Origin: Azolla caroliniana
Taxonomy: Eukaryota; Plantae; Polypodiophyta
NCBI GenBank assembly: GCA_043228905.1
Contig: JBHGNT010000021.1
Coordinates: 3,658,001 to 3,722,000 of the forward strand
Direction of reading: 5' to 3'
DNA: 64,000 nucleotides
Below the pieces are notes generated by a model. It did not search any database. It had not been told where the DNA came from and saw only the letters and a program-made list of their open reading frames with translations. Positions within the stretch are counted from its first letter, which is position 1; every line of letters starts with the position of its first letter. The position numbers and the translations under genes are program-made. Positions 12,028 to 24,108 of this stretch are shown piece after piece.

Positions 12028-15000
12028 TCAATCACATTTTATATTCCTGTAGATTCGCCTCACAAACATGGAAGAACCCAAATAGCCAACAGCACCTATA
12101 GACAAGCAAAAGCCACATGATCAAGAAACAGAGAAATAATGTGTTTAATGGCTACCAGTAAAAACTTCACTCACCACAAAGAATTCCAAGGCCAAGGCAG
12201 AACATGAGTGTGTAGCCAAAATAAAAGCTCGTCTGAAAGAACCCTGTCATCTTGGTCTTCATGTAGTAATAATAGATGGCGTACAGGTAAACATAAACAG
12301 AGGTGGATGCCGCGGACAAGAAGGATGTCCATTGCCAGTGATAGTTCTCAGCATTAAGAAGAAAGTATGTTCCCACGATAGTAACACAAATGGTGACAAT
12401 AGTGAGTATTACAAACACCAAGAGCATGAACCCATAAACATAATAAACCTGCAGCATAAACATAATAATCAACTTTATGCATGCAAAAAATGTTAAACAT
12501 GATTAATCCACAAAAACGTGAAGGTCTGCACACTGCTGCTACCTTGTAGTTCCAGAAGGATGTGAACACAAAGTACATCTCGATAAATATGCTTCCAAAC
12601 GGCAATAATCCCCCCATCAGAGATATGACAGATGGTGTCAGATACCACTTCTTTTCAGGAATTGGACGAGGAATCGTTTTTACACGACAAGGGTTGTCTG
12701 GGGCACCAGACCAGTTCCTACCAATCACGGTACCAAGTAATGCTAAAGGGAAAGAGATGAAGGCCCATATAACAAATACCACAACCTACAATAAAATCAA
12801 ACTTAATAAACCAGCCATCCTGTTGGTCAATGCAACAAATTAAACAGTGAAATCTGCATACCATGGTACCAAATGGAATGGCTGCTAATGAGTGGTAATA
12901 GATAGCTACGAAATTCAGCACAAAACCAATCCCAAAGCACATGAATGGGAAAAATGATGCCGTCAAAAGCATAGATTTAATCCAATACTTCCCTGTCAAG
13001 TGTGAATCAAGCAACTTAGATAACAATGGCAGAAATCACCTTAGTTGAATATGCAGAACTGCAATTTTAACAGAAATTTGTTTACCATCATTCTTTGAAT
13101 AAAGACTGCCGCTCACATATCCAGCAATAAAGGATGTAAACGCATAGCAGACAATAAAAGCTGTGACAATTGCTCCCCTCCTGGGATGGAAAAAAGCCAA
13201 CACTTTCAGCTATGAACTATCAGTATTAAAGTTTATGGACTGTTTCTTTGCATCATCAGAAAACTAACTGGCAAAAGACAACACAGCCTTGACACTACTT
13301 TATGCTGGGTCTGCTGGCAATCAGGGATATATCACATTCTAATTCAAGAGCAATGGACTATCACATAATACAACTAAATGATATTAAAGCACGTCTTTGG
13401 AATGTCGGAAACATATGAATACATGGCATGGAGGGTTGGGGCTGTGTACTAAGACTCGTGACACTTTACTTCTTTGGAGAGTAAGACTCATGCATGGATT
13501 TCACAGGCTTTATTACCCTTGGTTATGAGAATTCATAATAAAAAAATTGGGGCCGTTGTATACCACTTAAATCAGCTGGCCTTACAAAAATTTATGAACA
13601 GGAGTCTCCAAATTCAAAGTTCAGACTGATAACCTTATTCATACCTCTTTACAATACTTCTTTTCTTTTCTCAACATTAATAAATCTCAATTAGCAATAG
13701 TATTAAGTCAGTTGAAGTAAATATCAGGATTTATAGAACATACCCAACATAAAGCATCCCGACTATTGCCAGCAAGATAACCACAAAAATGAGTGCTGTG
13801 AGTTGAGCACCTGTTCCGATCAGAGCTGACAGTAGGACTAGATGTCGAGGTGACCTGAAAACATCACCATGCACAAGCTTCCAGCCAGATTCTTCATTGA
13901 CATCTCTTTCCTAGTTTAAAAAAAGTAGTAACAATTAAACCTGTAGGCATGTGATTGCTATTTACAGCAAAAAAAATGTTCTACAAAAGATCATTACCAG
14001 TGAATCCAGATCATCTTCTTCTCTAGCATACTTAGCATAATCATTGCGTAAAGTCCTCATCAGGATCATTGATACCAAACCAGTTAGAAATATGACCATC
14101 ATAAAGGAGTTGAATATTGAGAACCAATGAATCTGAAAAGCATAATAAAGTTGGTTAATGAATGAAGGCAAAGCAAAAAAATGGTATGCACAAATAAAAG
14201 ATTCCACAAAAAAACATAATAGCTAAAAGACAAAAGGAATTGAAAAGGAAGAGAACATATGGAGAAGACGCAAACAACTTCCATAGAAATACAGAACGTC
14301 ATCCATCATTAAACCTAGCTAAGACTGGACACTCAATGGCCTGTAATATCTTATTGGCTGTAGGTGCCAAGGAAAACTTTATAAAATAGAAAACATAATT
14401 CTCCCAATGTCATTTGCAACCATGCATGATAGCTCCTGCCAACAGAGATGTAGTTTAGCACTTACAAGTCTCCATAAGAAAACAGCTGTTTCTTAATTTC
14501 AAGGTCAGGCAATCAAAATAGGAGTGACTAGGAAGAAATGCCTAAACAAAGTTATGAGAACTGGGGCAGCTAGAATTCATGATAGAACCATTCAAACTAT
14601 CTTGCCACAAACAAGAACTCTGTCATGGTTGTGGGAAGCACTAGAAATCCTATAAGTAACTTAGCTATTCCATTTTGCATCAATCTGCAAAAGATTGATG
14701 AGATAAAGAGTTGCTTCAAAAACTCAGAAAGAAAAGTAGAAAAGTAGAAAGGAACCAAACTGTTCACATGCATATATATTGGAAGTCCATCTAAATGAAA
14801 TAAGACAGAAGAAAGCAACGCCTAATGTAAAAAGTATTATTTTATATGGTCAAATCTATAGTGCAGTTGATGTATGTATGCACAGCCATTTTTCTGCTGG
14901 AGTTTAGTAAATACAGCAGTTTCAATGATTCCACCTGTAGAGAGAGGTTATATAAAATCCACCAAAAACCAAAATCACAAATGACTAGGGAGTATGCATA

Positions 15001-18000
15001 ATCATACCTGGTGCTCAAAGAAAGGATAATCCAAGTATGCATCAAACCGCCTAGCAAATGATATGTCTGTCTCCAACCAAGTTACTGAATAGGTGAATTC
15101 CAGGGATTTCCCAGGAACCAATCGTACTGGACTGTCTTGTGTAAGATTGACTTGAATGATCTGTTTTGATACAGGCAATTCACCTCATTTACATGCCTCA
15201 TGAACACCTATATCATCTTTAACATCATTTACAATACCTGGTTGTTGTTGTATTTGATAACAAAATTCTTATGAGTATAAAGAAGATGCTTTGAATCGTC
15301 ATTCTTTCCAGGATGATATTCACCAACAAATCCTGTAAAATCAAGCACCCATCCATAAGTATTGTTCTAATATGAATTTTAGAAAACAGAGAAATATATA
15401 CTTGACATACTATATGTACATACCCCACAGAGGCAGATCATCTGCAGAAACAGGCATCATTGCAGAAGATCATTCACCAAAAGATATAATGAGTAGCTTT
15501 CAATTGAAAACAAACATAATTGAAAGAATGGCAGGCATTTGTTCAATTTCATACCCATAAAAAATTCAAACCAGTAAGTATTTTCGATGGCATCCTTAAA
15601 TGCTTGAACATTTCCATTATCCGGTTCAAGCTTACATATTGTAACCCTTTCAACATCCCCTATAATCCATGCACAGTGTTAACGTTAGCCGGATGAAATA
15701 CATTCTCTTTGACAGAAATTACATTTAAAAATCTAAAGAACGGATCTCACGTTTGAATTTTATGTCGATTTGACTGTCAATGAGCTCATTTCCTTCCAAG
15801 ACCTCACCTAGTCCACCCCACTTATGAACAGGATTCTCATTTCCTGATGAGCAGAATGGTAAACTATAGTAATTGTAAGTCTCTTGAGGATTGTAGTATG
15901 GCCCAACCTTATTAACCCACAGTGCCACACGCTCTTGATCTGTATACTGGAAGAAGAGATTCAACTTGTTACTTACATTACTTACAATGAGAATTCAGTG
16001 TGTTCTAGCACATAAGTAATTATCCATCCAAGGAACTCCCAATTAATTTACAAAGTAGACATCTAGTTATCTATGTTGCATTCATGAAGTGAAGGGAACA
16101 TCAATCCTAGTGCTCCAGAGTGAGATTAATTTAGTCAATCACGCTGATTGTGTAACATTACATTCAACAATTCTTTAAATGCACTTACATGTTAAATATG
16201 TAAAATGTATACACATCTAGGAGACTGCAAATCTGGACCTTGACATCCATCTTCTTTTCAAAAACTTAGCATATATAAAGGAGGGGATTTAAGATAGATT
16301 GTCTTCCATTTTTACTCCATCCAAGCATCGTAAGGGGCTCACAAGACCCTCTTCCATTTATAATCCATGAGATGGCATACAAACAATAAATTGCAGCTAT
16401 TATCCTTTCAATTCAGACATCTGTTTAAAGGTACCTGGCTCAATCAATGCACATACACAAGATTCGACAAGAAACTCCAGGTTTAGTATCATGCATTGTC
16501 ATCCAGACAATTCAATTATCATAAAATTCAGATACTATCCAGGTACAGGTTTGGAGATACAGATCAAGGGATTCATTAAGAAAATATTCCACGTTTAGTC
16601 CACGAAATAGCATGTGTACAATGCTCTATACATAAATGCCAAATACATTGTATATACAGATCTCGGTTTGAAGATCCACATCAAGGGATTCACCATGAAC
16701 ATGTTTCCATTTCTAGTCCACGAAATGGCATAAATTCGTACAATGATCTATGCACAAATGTCATTCCACATATTCTATCAGATATTATTTGGGGCTCTCT
16801 GCCACTACAGAACTGAGACTGAGGTACTTGACATTCTTCTTGAGCAATGATTCAGGCATGTTTGGAAATCATGCTCACAACATCTCAACACACAAGCTCA
16901 AAACTTCTGATAAACATGTAAAAATGTACACATATAGGAGACCAAAACTATGGCTAGCAACCATCTTAATTTTGTGAAGCGGGGCCTCTTCCTACACTAT
17001 AGCTCTCATAAGAATGAAAATTCTGCAAGATCTTATGCTCATTGACGGAGACTCCATCTTTTTTCCGGTTTTGACAATTTAAAAACACTATTGTCTATAG
17101 GAACCTAACATTTCTGTTAATAAGCTCTGCCTACAGTTACACCTGTCACAAATGCAAAAGTTCGGCAAGATCTGAAGCTCAGTCATCAAAGAAAATTTGT
17201 TTCTTAATCTTTAAAAACATTTGCTCATAAGATCTCAACGCATATCTGAATGCTTCTGAAAAACTATGCCTATATTTTATCCACAAGATATGAAGCTCAG
17301 TGGAATAGAATCATTCACTGATCAAAAGAAAATTGTTTCTTGAGCAAAGATTTTGACTCTTTCAGGACTATTGCTCATAGGAGGTCAATCCAGAAGTTGA
17401 GGCCTTCTAAAAAACTTTCTACATTACAACAACAAGATCTGAAAATTAGTGAGAGCTTTGGCAAAACTATGCCTACGTTATATCCACAAGATATGAAGCT
17501 CAGTGGAAGAGACTCTGTCTCTGAACAAAGAAAATTTGTTCCTTGACCAAAGATTTAGACTCTTTCAAAACTCTTGCGCATAAAAGCTCAATACAGAAGT
17601 TGACGACTTCAGAAAAACTGTGTCTGCATTACATCTGCAAGATCTGAAGCTCGGTAAAAGAGAATCTTTCCCTGATCTTAGAAAAGATTTAGATCTTGCA
17701 AAATAGTCTTGCTCGCAGAAACTCAACGATTCTAAGAATAAGCTCTATGTTGAGTTAAATCTGTCGTGAGAAAGGACACTTTTGCAAGATCTGAAGGTCA
17801 GGGAAAGAGAATACTTCCCTGAGAATGATTTAAAATATTTTTGTTCACGGGAGCTCAAAGTTTCTGATATTAAGCTCTCCATTTGGTTAAATCTGTCGTA
17901 AGAATGAAGAATTTTCGCAAGATCTGAAGTTCAGTTAAAGAGAGTCTTCTCCTAATCAGATCTTGTTCAGGAATCAGAATCTAAGCAGCATTCTTCCAAT

Positions 18001-18284
18001 AAGAATGATCAAATATTACAGTGAAGCAGAAATCCAGCGGGTTTTACCTCATGAATAAGACAATCGAAGTCTCAATCTTCCAAGGGAGGAGTTCGAGTAG
18101 CGCGACAGAGAGATGAGAAAAAATAAACAAGCTAAATTTACAGGCAGAAGTAGAAGAAACCTCAACTTACCCTGTGGTCGTATTCTCCCGCAGAAACACC
18201 GTCCAAAAAGTGGAGGAGGAGAAGGAGAAGGAGAAGGAGAAGATGAAGGGAAGAGAAGGAGAGGTGCGATCGGGATGGGAGCAT
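12028..18284 (-). CDS. TMN1: Transmembrane 9 superfamily protein (TMN1/EMP12-like, TM9SF3 type), about 13 exons
   Basis: First exon 18171-18284 encodes a signal peptide ending GEYDHR. Later exons give [82 protein letters not shown] and [11 protein letters not shown], ending RNIKCD* (KxD/E motif). Confidence 0.95.
17020..17935. repeat. Degenerate minisatellite in TMN1 intron 1, core CAAGAT(C/A)TGAAG
   Basis: The core recurs about 8 times (near 17025, 17165, 17284, 17432, 17486, 17637, 17784, 17917). An approximately 200-bp unit AAAACTATGCCTA...CCACAAGATATGAAGCTCAGTGGAA is duplicated near 17260 and 17463. Confidence 0.7.
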
Positions 18285-18574
18285 GGCGAGCGATCTTCTC
18301 CGTATCTCTTTCTTCGGCTACAGAAAACCCTAAAGAGAAGGCAGTAGCGGGGAGAGAGAGTTCTTCTTCTTCTTCTTCTTCCCTTCGTCTTCTGCAGAAA
18401 AACGTGCTATCGTGCGCCAAAGCTATGGTAGAAAGTAAAAATAAACAACACAGATAATAATAATTTCTCGATTTTCTTTCTCTCTCTGTTTTCTTCAAAA
18501 CTTTTTCTTTCTTTTTCTTCTTCTTCTTCTTCGTTTTTAACGTACTTGTTGTTGTAACTTGTTACTAAGGCAAG

Positions 18575-18812
18575 GAAGACGTGTGTGTGCTCCTCAATCT
18601 AGCAACTCTCTTCTGGTTCCACGGGACGAGAACAAGAATAGTTCTGGGTTCCCTCGGCCACGAAGACATGTGTGCTCTATCTAGCAACTCTCTTCTGGTT
18701 CCACGGAACGAGAACAAGAATAATAGTGCCGAGTATCTCAGCCCGTGAAGTCGTGTGTTCTCTCCATCTAGTAACTCTCTTCTGGTTCCACGAGACGAGA
18801 ACACGGAATAGC
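18575..18812. repeat. Three-copy tandem repeat, 82-87 bp period, upstream of TMN1
   Basis: Core CTAGCAACTCTCTTCTGGTTCCACG(G/A)(G/A)ACGAGAAC occurs at 18599, 18681 and 18768 (one mismatch in the third copy). Confidence 0.9.
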
Positions 18813-19340
18813 CCCGAGTCCCTTGGCCACGCCCGCCACCACCGACTTTTCGTCCACTTCTTTGTATGTATCTTCCCCACATGCTAACTCTACGTACGTA
18901 CGTACATACTAACAATGTGCAATCTATGAAACTTCTCATCCAATGACGGCCCAGGAAAGTCACTAAGATAGTGATGATCATGCTTTGTTCGCAAACTGCG
19001 GTCTGGAAGAGCATCTCGACGTCACATCATCACACTTGAACACATGCCAACACTAAAGAACCGCGTTACTAGATGAAAAACCAAGTGCATGTGTTTTTAC
19101 TACACACACCTCACATCACAATACAAAGCAAATGTTTCAATGGTAATTCATCATTCTACACTCATGAGTGTCAGTTTCTTAATACTTTTTAGAGGCAGCC
19201 CTCTATATCTAGCTTTGTTCTACTCCCCTTCTAGCTCAAAAATGCGTTAACAATAAACTTGATAATTGTTGTTTTAATTAATTTCATGTTTCCCTTAAAG
19301 CTCTTATTTGCCAAATTTCAACCTTTCACCATATCCCATT

Positions 19341-19982
19341 CATAGATCGACACATGCGTGATATTCGTGATATTCTCCATGCGCAATATTCTCAATATTC
19401 GAGAATACAAAATGGCCCCAAGAATATTAAAAAACCATTCGTTTTGTAAAATAAATATAAAAAATTATTTATTTATTTAAATAAATGTATTTCACCAAAA
19501 AAAAACAATTATTCATTAATAGATTATAGTGTCAAGAGAGTTTATGAAACTTATTTTAATTAATTAATTTTTTTAAAACGAATATTTTTATATTTATTAT
19601 ACAAATATGATTAGTATGAACTTTGAAGATATGATTAGTTTGAAGTACCATTTTTAATGTCAAGATAAAAATATCCATAAATTTTGAGGAAATAAAAAGT
19701 GAGAAATTAATGAGCCTTTATTTTATTTATTTTATTTATTAAAAATAAAACGACTATACATTTATTATAAAATTTTAGTAGTGTCAAGTCCCCAAAGTCA
19801 CTCTTTTATTATCCTTATTTATTGTTAAGTTCTTTTTTTTTTATCTTAGGAAATTTTAAAAACAAAAGTTTTTTTTTTTTTTGGGGAGGGGGGTGGGTTA
19901 AACGAATACTTGACTACCCATTCGTATTCGTATTCGTTTGCATTCGAATGGGAACCCACGAATGCGAATATGTCAATCTATG
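19341..19982. mobile_element. hAT-type MITE, 642 bp, non-autonomous
   Basis: 15-bp terminal inverted repeats CATAGATCGACACAT / ATATGTCAATCTATG match at 13/15. A perfect 8-bp target-site duplication ATCCCATT lies at 19333-19340 and 19983-19990. The interior is AT-rich and non-coding, with subterminal ATTCG/CGAAT repeats. Confidence 0.88.
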
Positions 19983-21937
19983 ATCCCATTTATACATGAT
20001 CCCTTTCTACAACCCTTCTTCTTGAAATAACAGAAATAACTTCTCTCGGGAAAGCAATATATTTCTTACTTGAATGGTGAATGCAATATTGTGACCATAA
20101 CATTCGTCAAAGGAAGTGCACATATACATTTTCGGCTAGCTAGATGCCCAATCTTCATCAACGTGTAAGACACATTGTTATATAGGGGTTATCTATCACA
20201 CCAAGGTGTACAATGATGGAAGTACAACATGTAGAGGAATTTGACTAGAATAAAATTACAACTAATTAGCTAGTTAAAATGCCAAATACTAGAAATTGAA
20301 TTGATACTTTTGAAACAAAGGTTAACCATGCACATGTACGAGCTCCCATGAATGCAAGGACATAGAAGTACTCTTAACTTAAAGACATGGGATTTAATGG
20401 TGAAGTTGCATTCAATGCATCACCTCCATTGTACTATGATCTCCACAACAAACTTAAAGATGACTAAGGAATTCGACCATGTTTTTGGCGGTTTAGTTGT
20501 GCCACCGTCATCAACAACGATGATAATCGTGTTGTGCATCAAAATCGAAGAAAAGTGTGACTCGAAGTATGTGAAGGGACCATCTAACAATGGAGAGAAA
20601 CAATCCTTTAGGGATTGGTTGAACCTCATCAACAAATGAGCCAACAATGTCCAAATGAGAGCCTAACACATAATGGAAGAGGAAAATTAATGGACTCAAC
20701 CAAGCACTTCTTTTTAATCACATTTACAACTATATTTGTTTGAGTCCAATCCTACATATTTTCTCTCGTTATTGTCCCGTCTCATCATCACCCCTTCATC
20801 ATCCTATGGAGTAAAAGGTTACAAAAAAATCTGCCAAGGATCAACATCAATTCTTTGAAAACTTGGCATTTGAGTTAAGGACAAAAAATGGGCAATTGCA
20901 TGGAACTTGACTCGCTTGGAAGTTTATATCCGAAATTCTAATTGTACTAAAATGCATCGACGGCATGGGTCAATGACCCTACCAAAAGTTTCACGTATAC
21001 CTTTGAGGACTAAACACTCCATATGATGCCAAATTGTCACATTGGTTATCAAAGAAAGCAAGCAATGTTGGCCCATGAGATAGTAACTCTATGAGAGCAA
21101 GTCATCCAATTGAAGTTGGAAGTGAAATGGATAATACGAGCAGGGCAGTATTGGGGGCAAATATGCTAAGAAGGAAATAGTTGAGATATGGACCATACTT
21201 ATACCTCCTTGCACATGATATTCAAGTAATTAGAGAACCATTGTAAGTGGCTAAAGTAAAACTAACCAAATCAACCTTGCTTGAGAATTGTCGAGATGGA
21301 GAACATATCACAAGTGTAAGATAATACTTCAGTAAATAAAATCACATTGTTTTTAGTTGAGAATGTGTTGTGTGGTGCTTTTATTTTTTTCTAGATAATC
21401 AAGTACCAAGTGGTCATGACTACAACTAGGGCACAATGTGTTATGTACAACTAAGTCTTGCACAACCATGTATTAGAACCAAACAACTAAGTCGTGTACA
21501 ATGCGTCATGAGGAAGTAGATGGTCAATTGGTGGTAGGATATTAGGAGGAATACTTTGTGGAGCTCTAGGAGGTGACATAGGTGTTGCATGTATGGTTTC
21601 TGGGCAACTCTCCTAGTGGTGCCTTCCAATAGTTCTTAGGGCTATGTGATATGAATGCCTTACAACAGTTGTGAAATTGTGTAGTGCACTGATGCAATAA
21701 TGGACATTCATGCCAATGTGGTGGTCTAACGGAGAACATATGTATAGGTTATGTAGTTTTCGTGCAAACACCAAAACATGTTTATGAACAGATAAAGTTT
21801 TACCTCCATGTTGATATAATTGCGAATAAGGATTCAGACCAATGTTTACCTTGGAGTGGTTGTCAATCACCCTCGAGGCTCTAGCTTCACAAACATAATC
21901 TAACTCGCGCACACACACACTCTCTCTCTCATGCATC

Positions 21938-22038
<101 letters not shown>

Positions 22039-22247
22039 TAGAATATTATCACTTAGAAACATATACACATGAGAAGATCTCAAAACAATATAAGCGTGTA
22101 TCTACAAGCGTGTTGTTGATGAGGATCTCTCTCTCAAATCCCTTCTCAAAGATTTCCATGTGTGTTTGATGTAGCCTATCTACAGCTCTTGAGCTTCCAC
22201 ATGCTTTTTTCTTCTTCCTTTTTTCAAACAAAAGATACACCTTGGTA

Positions 22248-23830
22248 TTATAAAATCATTAGCAATACAAAAGTTGATGGCTGGTTCAGTGAGAGCTTCC
22301 ACATTCTTTCGAGATGAAAACAAAGGTTCATTAATGCTTCTTGACCAAATCCATTATCAACATATCCAGAAAGTAGAACATTCCATAACACATCATCCCG
22401 TGTGTAGAGAGACCCTTGAAGATAATCCATGCTTCATGGGTTGCACCACATTTTTCATATAAGTCGACCAAACTGCTTCCAACAAAAAGATATTTTTCAT
22501 ATCCTTTCAGAAGGATTTCAATATGTATTTTTACCTTCATAGAGAGCATAAATGCTACTACATGCTTTTAAGACTGCAACATATATGCCACAGTCCACAT
22601 ACATATTTTTTAAATACATTTTTTCTATACAGTTTCCTACATGTGAGCTATATCCACAATATAAGAATCCAATAATTAGTGCGTTCCATGAGATGCCATC
22701 ATGTTTAGACTTATCAAAAACCATACATGCATCTAGAAGATACTCGCATTTGGCATACATATCAACCAACATACTAGCAATAAACATATCATTATCATAT
22801 AATGGCAATAAGATTTGGATATGTATCTTTTGTCCAATACTAATTGACTTCAAATTGCCACAAGGTCTCACTATACATGCCAATGTGATAACATTAGGAA
22901 ATAAACCATCTAACTAAATCAGTATAAAACAATGTAACACTTTGTTATCTGGCCCAAACTTGTCATATCCTAAAAGTAGCGTGTTCCACAAGAGTAGATC
23001 TCGATTTGGCAATGAATCAAAAATATATCGTGCCTTTGACATCAACCCAAGTTTAGCATACATATCCACTAGAGCACTAGCTACTAAAAAATTTGAATCA
23101 TAACCCTCTTCTGCAATCTCCATGTGTAAATTTCGGCATTTTGTGCATTTCTTGGCCCTTGCATAAACTTTCTATGTTCCGACAAACTTTCAAACCATAT
23201 ACAAATGTGAGGGCATCTTGGGAGATTCCTTCTAGCTCCATCTTCCCAAAGCATTTAATCTTAAGCACTTCTTCAATATGGATCAGTTTCTAACCCCTTT
23301 TTGCAAATTTCAAAATGGGAATTCTAGCCTCTTAACTATGTCGTAGCAACGACACATGCTTTCAATAGGTAGACATATGCAAGGACATTTCCAACCATAC
23401 ACTACATTCCACATACATGTCAATCAAAGCATCTCCAATCACCGCATTCTTCTCAGCCTTTGTATGCAAGTATTGTCCCTTGAGAATGTCTACTTTGTTC
23501 CTACGAGCATTTAGGACACTTATATAGGTCACTGCATCAAGAGGGAATCCCATCATTTCCATATGTTCTAACAACTAACAAACATAGGGCTTCTTCAGTT
23601 GGCCCATATTTAGCATATCCACTAATAAGGGTATTCCATGGTATCACATGTTGACTTGGTAGACCCTCAAATACATCCCATGATAGCGTAAGCAAGCCAC
23701 ATTTTGCGTACATGTCTATCAAAGCATTACCAAGAAATTGATCTCTTTCATACCCATCTTTAGCAATCTCCAAATGTAATTTTTGACCTTTGTCCCAATT
23801 ACCCATCTTTGAGCAAGCAACACTCATCCT
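22248..23830 (-). pseudogene. PLS-class pentatricopeptide repeat (PPR) pseudogene
   Basis: Consecutive PPR fragments occur in shifting frames, broken by many stops and frameshifts: GNALIDMYAKCGLLTLSWDVFEGLPSQHVIPWNTLISGYAKYG, ASALVDMYAKLG, ASMLVDMYAKCEY...ISWNALIIG, GSSLVDLYEKCG, DVLWNVLLSGYVDNGFGQEAL. Confidence 0.88.
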
Positions 23831-23859
23831 AAAAAACTGAAGAAGTATGCTTCATCTTT

Positions 23860-24108
23860 CCACATCAACCATCTCGCTTGTTACCACCAAATTCTTGTAC
23901 ATACAACAACAAAATGAGTCTAGTTTCCTCATCTCCTCATGATCATATGCTTCGGCCCCACACCATCATCACTCATCCTTATCAAAAACATAAAATATCT
24001 TCAATAAGTCCACATCAACCATCTCGGCGATTACCACCAAAATCTTGTACATATAACAACAAAATGAGTCTAGTCTCCTCATGAGAATATGCTTTGGGCC
24101 CCACACCA
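23860..24108. repeat. Direct repeat, 150-bp period, next to the 5' break of the PPR pseudogene
   Basis: CCACATCAACCATCTCG...TTACCACCAAA.TCTTGTACATA.AACAACAAAATGAGTCTAGT starts at 23860 and 24010. Confidence 0.85.

Noticed and set aside
18599-18812. Repeat-spacer pattern resembling a CRISPR array
   Set aside because: Only three units, the linkers are related to one another, the context is eukaryotic and there are no cas genes. It is a degenerate tandem repeat.
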